Shown here: in pieces, positions 62,147-64,000 of the stretch | How positions within the stretch are numbered: position 1 is the first letter of the stretch | How the letters are laid out: the number at the start of each line of letters is the position of its first letter | Assembly (NCBI GenBank): GCA_012295275.1 | Contig: CM022671.1 | Coordinates: 15,128,001 to 15,192,000, forward strand | From: Chrysomallon squamiferum | Taxonomy: Eukaryota; Animalia; Mollusca | Direction of reading: 5' to 3' | Length of the DNA stretch: 64,000 nucleotides | Translations under genes and position numbers: made by a program | Notes under the pieces: generated by a model | Told to the model about the DNA's origin: nothing | Databases searched by the model: none | Seen by the model: the letters and a program-made list of their open reading frames with translations, nothing else

Positions 62147-64000
62147 GGGATACCCATATTTATTGTTGTCAGACACAGACTATATGTCTGCTGTTGTTGT
62201 AGTGGTAAAACACTAGGGATACCCATATTTATTGTTGTCAGACATTGACTACATGTCTGTTGTTGTAGTGGTAAAACACAAGGGATGCCCTTATTTATTG
62301 CTGCCAGACACACACTACATGTCTGCTGTTGTTGTAGTGGTAAAACACTAGGGATACCCATATTTATTGTTGTCAGACATTGACTACATGTCTGCTGTTG
62401 TTGTAGTGGTAAAACACTAGTGATACCCCTATTTATTGTTGTCAGATATCACTACATGTCTGCTGTTATAGTGGTAAAACACTAGTGATACATCTAGTTG
62501 TTGTTGTCAGATATCAACAACATGTAAAACAAAACACTAGTGATACCCATATTTATTGTTGTCAGACACTGACTTCATGTCTGTTGTAGTGGTAAAACAC
62601 TAGGGATACCCATATTTATTGTTGTCAGACACACACTACATGTCTGCTGTTGTTGTAGTGGTAAAACACTAGGGATACCCATATTTATTGTTGTCAGACA
62701 CACACTACATGTCTGCTGTTGTTGTAGTGGTAAAACACTAGGGATACCCTTATTTATTGTTGTCAGACATTGTCTACATGTCTGCTGTTGTTGTAGTGTT
62801 AAAACACTAGGGATACCCTTATTTATTGTTGTCAGACATTGTCTACATGTTTGTTGTTGTTGTAGTGTTAAAACACTAGGGATACCCCTATTTATTGTTG
62901 TCAGACATTGTCTACATGTTTGTTGTTTTTGTAGTGTTAAAACACTAGGGATACCCTTATTTATTGTTGTTAGACATTGACTACATGTCTGCTGTTGTTG
63001 TAGTGGTAAAACACTAGGGATACCCATATTTATTGTTGTCAGACACACACTACATGTCTGCTGTTGTTGTAGTGTTAAAACACTAGGGATACCCATATTT
63101 ATTATTGTCACACATTGACTACATGTCTGCTGTTGTTGTAGTGGTAAAACACTAGGGATACACTTATTTATTGTTGTCAGACACACACTACATGTCTGCT
63201 GTTGTTGTAGTGGTAAAACACTAGGGATACCCTTATTTATTGTTGTCAGACATCAACTACATGTCTGCTGTTGTTGTAGTGATAAAACACTAGGGATACC
63301 CTTATTTATTGTTGTCAGACATTGTCTACATGTTTGTTGTTGTTGTAGTTGTGAAACACTAGGGATACCCTTATTTATTGTTGCAGACACACACTACATG
63401 TCTGCTGTTGTTGTAGTGGTAAAACACTAGGGATACAATTATTTATTGTTGTCAGACATTGTCTACATGTCTGCTCTTTTTGTAGTGGTAAAACACTAGG
63501 GATACCCATATTTATTGTTGTCAGACATTGTCTACATGTCTGCTCTTTTTGTAGTGGTAAAACACTAGGGATACCCATATTTATTGTTGTCAGACATTGT
63601 CTACATGTCTGCTGTTGTTGTAGCAGTAAAACACTAGGGATACCCATATTTATTGTTGTCAGACATCAACTACATGTCTGCTGTTGTTATAGTGGTAAAA
63701 CACTAGGGATACCCATATTTATTGTTGTCAGACATCAACTACATGTCTGCTGTTGTTGTAATGGTAAAACACTAGTGATACCCATATTTATTGTTGTCAG
63801 ACATACACTACATGTCTGCTGTTGTTGTAGTGGTAAAACACTAGGGATACCCTTATTTATTGTTGTCAGACATACACAACATGTCTGCTGTTGTTGTAGT
63901 GGTAAAACACTAGGGATACCCTTATTTATTGTTGTCAGACATACACTACATGTCTGCTGTTGTTGTAGTGGTAAAACACTAGGGATACCCTTATTTGTTG
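62147..64000. repeat. 69-bp minisatellite array, ~27 copies, continues past the window end
   Basis: Consensus GGGATACCCATATTTATTGTTGTCAGACACACACTACATGTCTGCTGTTGTTGTAGTGGTAAAACACTA. Copies are head-to-tail without unique spacers and more degenerate near 62420-62590. Confidence 0.97.

Noticed and set aside
63245-63745. In-frame TGA inside the repeat CxxC (C-S-TGA-C) as selenocysteine
   Set aside because: That codon varies freely among copies (GTG, CAA, GTA, TGA), it does not replace a Cys, a frameshift is also present, and no SECIS was identified.
62147-64000. CRISPR-like appearance of the regular array
   Set aside because: Units are head-to-tail with no unique spacers, there are no cas genes, and the context is a eukaryotic intron-rich locus.

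Overview
AT-rich genomic DNA from an animal, not a prokaryote. An invertebrate, probably lophotrochozoan or mollusc-like, is inferred from composition, microsatellites and repeat types. Five protein-coding genes were reconstructed by hand with consistent intron phases. (1) An 18-coding-exon kinesin-14 with a C-terminal motor (+, 1580-20512, ~806 aa) and an unusual tail: N-myristoylation-type start, two related Trp-rich modules and a UBA/CUE-like segment. (2) Vezatin (-, 13 exons, ~793 aa), containing a likely U12-type intron. (3) A PTB/PID-domain protein with an intronless CDS (+, 522 aa). (4) Sedoheptulokinase SHPK (+, 4 exons, ~471 aa). (5) CHCHD4/MIA40 (-, 3 exons, 147 aa). A cluster of decayed DNA transposons (hAT, MULE, Helitron-like end, internal tandem arrays) lies between the PTB gene and SHPK. 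The window also holds three MITEs, a diverged ~2 kb tandem duplication and a 69-bp minisatellite running off the right edge. The best candidate for novelty is the kinesin-14 tail architecture. All family assignments are by motif recognition by eye; no database searches were run.
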